Assembly (NCBI GenBank): GCA_001816475.1
Contig: MHCC01000027.1
Location: 11,312-75,311, forward strand
Length of the DNA: 64,000 nt
Source of the DNA: Candidatus Blackburnbacteria bacterium RIFCSPLOWO2_01_FULL_40_20
Lineage (GTDB): Bacteria; Patescibacteriota; Microgenomatia; UBA8517; UBA10165
Reading direction: 5' to 3'
In this document: positions 60,426-64,000 of the stretch, one piece after another
Numbering within the stretch: the stretch's first letter is position 1
How the letters are laid out: each line of letters begins with the position of its first letter
The notes under the pieces: generated by a model
What the model was told of the DNA's origin: nothing
The model's input: the letters and a program-made list of their open reading frames with translations, nothing else
Databases searched by the model: none
Translations under genes and position numbers: made by a program

Positions 60426-60500
60426 TTCTAGATTGAGTATATGGCTAGTAATTGGCTATAGTCAATACTATTTAGTTGCTTGCCTGGCTATAATCTAGTT

Positions 60501-60641
60501 TTGACCGCAGTAACGGAAAAACTTGGCAAGAGAATACAAATAATACGAAAAGGCAAAAAGATGACTCAAGAAGAATTGGCTTATCAGGCAAAGATCGACT
60601 ACTCTTTCCTAAATCAGGTTGAAGCAGGGAAAAGGGGATAA
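60501..60641 (+). pseudogene. Truncated XRE/HTH_3 regulator
   Basis: LGKRIQIIRKGKKMTQEELAYQAKIDYSFLNQVEAGKRG*. Confidence 0.7.
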
Positions 60642-60645
60642 ATTT

Positions 60646-60789
60646 TTATCGATCTTCGGAGTTTACTTCGGATGAGTTTACAAGAGCTTCACAAATATGA
60701 CAAAGCCCATTGTCGCTGGAAGGAGGATTGGGGCAATTTTTGCCTTCGTGATGAGGGTGGTTAGGATCTGTACAATTACAGGTTTTCAT
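60646..60789 (-). CDS. 47-aa Cys/His-rich mini-protein
   Basis: MKTCNCTDPNHPHHEGKNCPNPPSSDNGLCHICEALVNSSEVNSEDR; TATAAT just upstream. Confidence 0.5.
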   Translation of the reverse strand: MKTCNCTDPNHPHHEGKNCPNPPSSDNGLCHICEALVNSSEVNSEDR

Positions 60790-60879
60790 TTAATTACATT
60801 ATAATACTTTTTCCACTAGGTCAACGAACACGCTTGACACTCTTGAAATTATATCACAACTAAGATGTTAACTTTTGTT

Positions 60880-61945
60880 CGTAAGTTCTAAATCGAATCG
60901 CAACCCCTAAGTTAAAATATTAGCTTTGAGGGGGTGAAGACTATTAAACACAAAAAGATAAATGGGTTTGAACGCGATTCGATATCTGTTTGGCATTCAC
61001 AGGGAGTCCCAAATGGTGAAATTGGGAGAAGGCTTGGCAAGCATGCCTCAACCATAGGAAGAGAAATAAAAAGAAACTCTTTTAAGGGTGAATATTATGT
61101 GGCTATTCATGCACAAAATATTTCTGCCGAGAGAAAGTCAAATGCAGGTAAAAGACACCCTTTAAAGAATAGGGAAGTTTTCAGGTGGACCATTGCCAGA
61201 CTAATGCGTGGCTGGAGTCCTGAGCAGATATCGGGAAGGATGAAACTGGTATTTAAGAATAATATCCAGATGAGAATCTCTTCCGAGACTATCTACTCCT
61301 TCATCTACTCACAGGAGTATAAAGAGAGAAAGTTTTGGGAGTATCTGCCCTGGAAGAGAAAGACACGAAGAAAAAAGCTTGGCAGGAAGGTACACAGAGG
61401 AAGGATTCCAGATAGAGTTTCAATCCACCTTCGGCCGGAGGTTGTTGCAGCCAGGGAGGAGTTTGGGCATTGGGAGGGTGATACTGTTGAGGGAAAAGCA
61501 CATCAGAATGGAATACATACTGAGGTTGAAAGAAAGTCAAGGTTTTTGACAGCCCGGAAGGTAGCAAAGATTGATTCACCAGAGGCAGTTAAAGCACAAA
61601 TTCAGATATTCTCACCCCTGCCTGCCCATGCCAGAAAAACAGTGACACTGGACAATGGACGAGAAAACCATTTGCACAGAAAGCTTAAAGGGCTTGGGAT
61701 AAGCACATTTTTCTGTGATCCATACTCTTCCTGGCAAAGAGGCACTAATGAGCATCATAACGGATTAATAAGACGCTACCTGCCCAAAAAGACTGACTTT
61801 TCCACTCTTACCCAGCAGGATTTGGATGAGATAGTAGAGGAGATAAACGATAGACCAAGAAAATGCCTTGGATTTTACACACCTAATGAGGTATTCTTGA
61901 GGGAGTTAAATAACCAAAGGGTTGCGATTCAATATTGAATGTCGC
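60880..61945 (+). mobile_element. IS30-family element, copy 2 (1066 bp)
   Basis: IRL identical to copy 1; IRR gggttgcgattcaatattgaatgtcgc. Confidence 0.9.
60934..61938 (+). CDS. IS30 transposase (intact)
   Basis: STIGREIKRN HTH, GHWEGDTV, DNGRE, WQRGTNE. Confidence 0.92.
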   Translation: MKTIKHKKINGFERDSISVWHSQGVPNGEIGRRLGKHASTIGREIKRNSFKGEYYVAIHAQNISAERKSNAGKRHPLKNREVFRWTIARLMRGWSPEQISGRMKLVFKNNIQMRISSETIYSFIYSQEYKERKFWEYLPWKRKTRRKKLGRKVHRGRIPDRVSIHLRPEVVAAREEFGHWEGDTVEGKAHQNGIHTEVERKSRFLTARKVAKIDSPEAVKAQIQIFSPLPAHARKTVTLDNGRENHLHRKLKGLGISTFFCDPYSSWQRGTNEHHNGLIRRYLPKKTDFSTLTQQDLDEIVEEINDRPRKCLGFYTPNEVFLRELNNQRVAIQY

Positions 61946-62234
61946 AACTCTTGCATCTAAAAAACAAGCCATTGTCTTTTTCGCCGTTGATCTCTACTCC
62001 CTTTAAAACCATTAGATCTCTAGAATAACACTCGATGCATTCCGCTTCATCTCTTTTTTTAAATACATTAACTAACATTCTTTTTCACCTCCTTCCACAA
62101 AAAAAGGGAACAGTAACGTTCCCCTTCTCTTTTGACTCAGTTGCGAGGATTGGAAGAAACAATAATCCGCTTCCTAACCCCACAAGATTCCATGTTAGTT
62201 ATACCAGATTTACGCTGAAATTGCCAATTTGTAG

Positions 62235-62477
62235 TTAATAACCCAGAAGATACCTGCGATTATTATATCTACTTGAATCTGGGCGAGTTTTCAAATGTGG
62301 TTGAACATATGTTCCATTACTTTTCGAATATCCACGCTGGTAGTACAGACTACCCCCTCGTGAATAATTGCGATAACCGTTGCCGTAAAGACTTCTTGCT
62401 TGAGCAGGCTTCGGCAAAAATGTCAAAACAGAAGATATCGCTAGAACGAGCGTCATCAAGAAAAACAGCTTGCTCAT
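62235..62477 (-). CDS. Small secreted basic protein
   Basis: Signal peptide (PAQA), RGYSKSNGTYVQPHLKTRPD motif. Confidence 0.65.
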   Translation of the reverse strand: MSKLFFLMTLVLAISSVLTFLPKPAQARSLYGNGYRNYSRGGSLYYQRGYSKSNGTYVQPHLKTRPDSSRYNNRRYLLGY

Positions 62478-62640
62478 ACATACTCATTATAACTACCATG
62501 TCAATTAAATATTCTTAGCTTTGCCTAACCATATACTTACCGTAGATTCAACTTAAGATATTATTATGCATAGGATGCCTAATATTTACAATCTATACAG
62601 ACACTTGATTTTCGGAGTATCATTATAGAAAGGGGTAAAA

Positions 62641-63183
62641 ATGAGTAACTTTAAATTTACAGCAAGCGATTACATATTATACATACTCAACAAACTAAGA
62701 CCCGAGACTAGTAGCAAAATTAGGCTGAACAAAGTAGCCTTTCTGGTGGAATTCGGATACAAGTTTAAAACTGGCAAGGAGTTATCATTGGTTCAGTATG
62801 CAGGTATTAATCTCGGACCTGTAATAGACGACTACACCGAAATTCTCCAAAAGATGGAGAAGGCAAAAAAAATAAAGATGGATGGACACGTAATTCGACC
62901 TTTACAAAATGTTAATGTTGAAGTACCCAAGGAAGTTTCTGCAGTGGTAGATCCTCTTATAAACAAATATTCTTTGTTCACAAACAATGAACTTATTGCT
63001 TTAACTCACGACACTGACTCTTACAAGATTACGACTACTAACGAAAAACACATGGGCAGGATTATCGACAAAGAACTAGCTGCCCTTGAGAGTTTTTTTG
63101 TAGACGATATTGTGCCAGAGATACCTGAGTCCGATTTGCCAAAACTAGATGAGAAGGATCTAGAAAAATATGAATTGGGATAG
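62641..63183 (+). CDS. Panacea (DUF4065/SocA-like) antitoxin
   Basis: RLNKVAFL, LGPV, ELIALTH. Confidence 0.75.
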   Translation: MSNFKFTASDYILYILNKLRPETSSKIRLNKVAFLVEFGYKFKTGKELSLVQYAGINLGPVIDDYTEILQKMEKAKKIKMDGHVIRPLQNVNVEVPKEVSAVVDPLINKYSLFTNNELIALTHDTDSYKITTTNEKHMGRIIDKELAALESFFVDDIVPEIPESDLPKLDEKDLEKYELG

Positions 63184-63487
63184 TTCTTATGAAATATTCA
63201 TTGACAAGAAACTGCCCAAGATTATAAAAAGGAACTTACCACAAAATCTCAAGAAAGTTCTGGACAGAAAGTTAAAGTATCTTGCCACTAATCCCAACCA
63301 CCCAAGTCTAAATACCAAATCATACGACGTAAGTAAACAGACACTTGGAAGACTAGAAGTAGACGCTATTTTCGAATTTTATATAAATATGAGTTTCCGT
63401 TGTGTTTTTTATGTTAGACAAAAGGAAAAAAGGTTAATAATTGCTTTTGTGGGCAACCATGAAGCAGTAAAAAATAGATATAGTTAA
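63170..63487 (+). CDS. RelE/ParE-like toxin
   Basis: NPNHPSLNTK, EFYINMSFR, VGNH; overlaps the antitoxin. Confidence 0.7.
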   Translation: MNWDSSYEIFIDKKLPKIIKRNLPQNLKKVLDRKLKYLATNPNHPSLNTKSYDVSKQTLGRLEVDAIFEFYINMSFRCVFYVRQKEKRLIIAFVGNHEAVKNRYS

Positions 63488-63588
63488 TTATCCAACTCTA
63501 CTACATCAAAAAGGAAAAATATCTTTAACTTTTACATCTAATGCGCGGGCAATTTTGTAAAACATTCGACTAATTGATTTATCATTTG

Positions 63589-64000
63589 CTACCTTACAAC
63601 AAATTCTTGCTCCAACTTTTCTGCCTTTCTAAGTGTCATCTCATAAACTAGAATTAACGGAATAGTTGTAAGTAAAATTTGACTCAATTCCTCTTCTCTT
63701 AAACATGCAATCTTTTTATCGTAAATTAGTTCACCATGATCGACTCGCCAATATACTTGTAAAGCAAGATAATTAGGATGCGTAAATTCAGATAAAAAGT
63801 CATAACTTTCCAAAATATAGTCCTTGTTTTCAGAGCCTATTCTATCCAATTCAATATTAAGCAATTTATTAATTTCTCTCACATAATCCGCTGTATGAAT
63901 ACTTTGAGGAGCATTAGAAAAAGTTATTTTACCCGACATTGTTTTTGTGTTTTGTCCCATTGTTGCTACATAAAGTAGCTCCCAAATAAACTCATAATCC
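63589..64000 (-). CDS. Hypothetical protein, probably 5'-truncated by the window
   Basis: Open frame to the window edge; YDFLSEFTHPN (HEPN-like hint). Confidence 0.5.
   Translation of the reverse strand, partial: DYEFIWELLYVATMGQNTKTMSGKITFSNAPQSIHTADYVREINKLLNIELDRIGSENKDYILESYDFLSEFTHPNYLALQVYWRVDHGELIYDKKIACLREEELSQILLTTIPLILVYEMTLRKAEKLEQEFVVR

Noticed and set aside
202-62518. Numerous 60-160-aa antisense or nested ORFs in the track
   Set aside because: Shadows of well-supported genes, with no motifs or RBS
1-64000. CRISPR array, prophage or integron
   Set aside because: No regularly spaced repeat-spacer array, cas genes, phage structural genes or tyrosine/serine integrase seen

Overview
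AT-rich bacterial chromosome segment. Its gene content (ATP-dependent DNA ligase, stand-alone 5'-3' exonuclease, GxxExxY, VKOR/DsbA, heptamer repeat elements) suggests a Patescibacteria/Microgenomates-like organism (inference). 1-8.3 kb: deoxysugar and radical-SAM surface-glycosylation cluster. 8.3-18 kb: housekeeping genes and TA modules. 18-40 kb: a variable peptide-modification island. It holds a ThiF-YcaO-cysS operon with an unannotated 21-aa precursor, and two paralogous lasso-cyclase-like plus RRE modules. Their precursors share EPTxExLGxxxELxxxKxxxIDxTRY but cannot form a canonical lasso, and one is fused to the end of a four-part chimeric ORF. The island also has an M16 peptidase cassette between direct repeats, two small-protein/partner pairs, TA genes and an IS30. 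Five small ORFs are enclosed by complementary 5'/3' RNA arms. 40-47 kb: recF, mutM, exonuclease, ftsH. 47-56.4 kb: a tryptophan-centred island with two TrpRSs, tRNA-Trp, a divergent TrpD-like plus BtpA pair, YbaK and a DMT transporter. It carries a T-box, a leader-peptide attenuator and a second candidate Trp leader. 56.4-64 kb: accessory genes, a second IS30 and a Panacea-RelE pair. All calls come from reading the sequence by eye; no searches were run.
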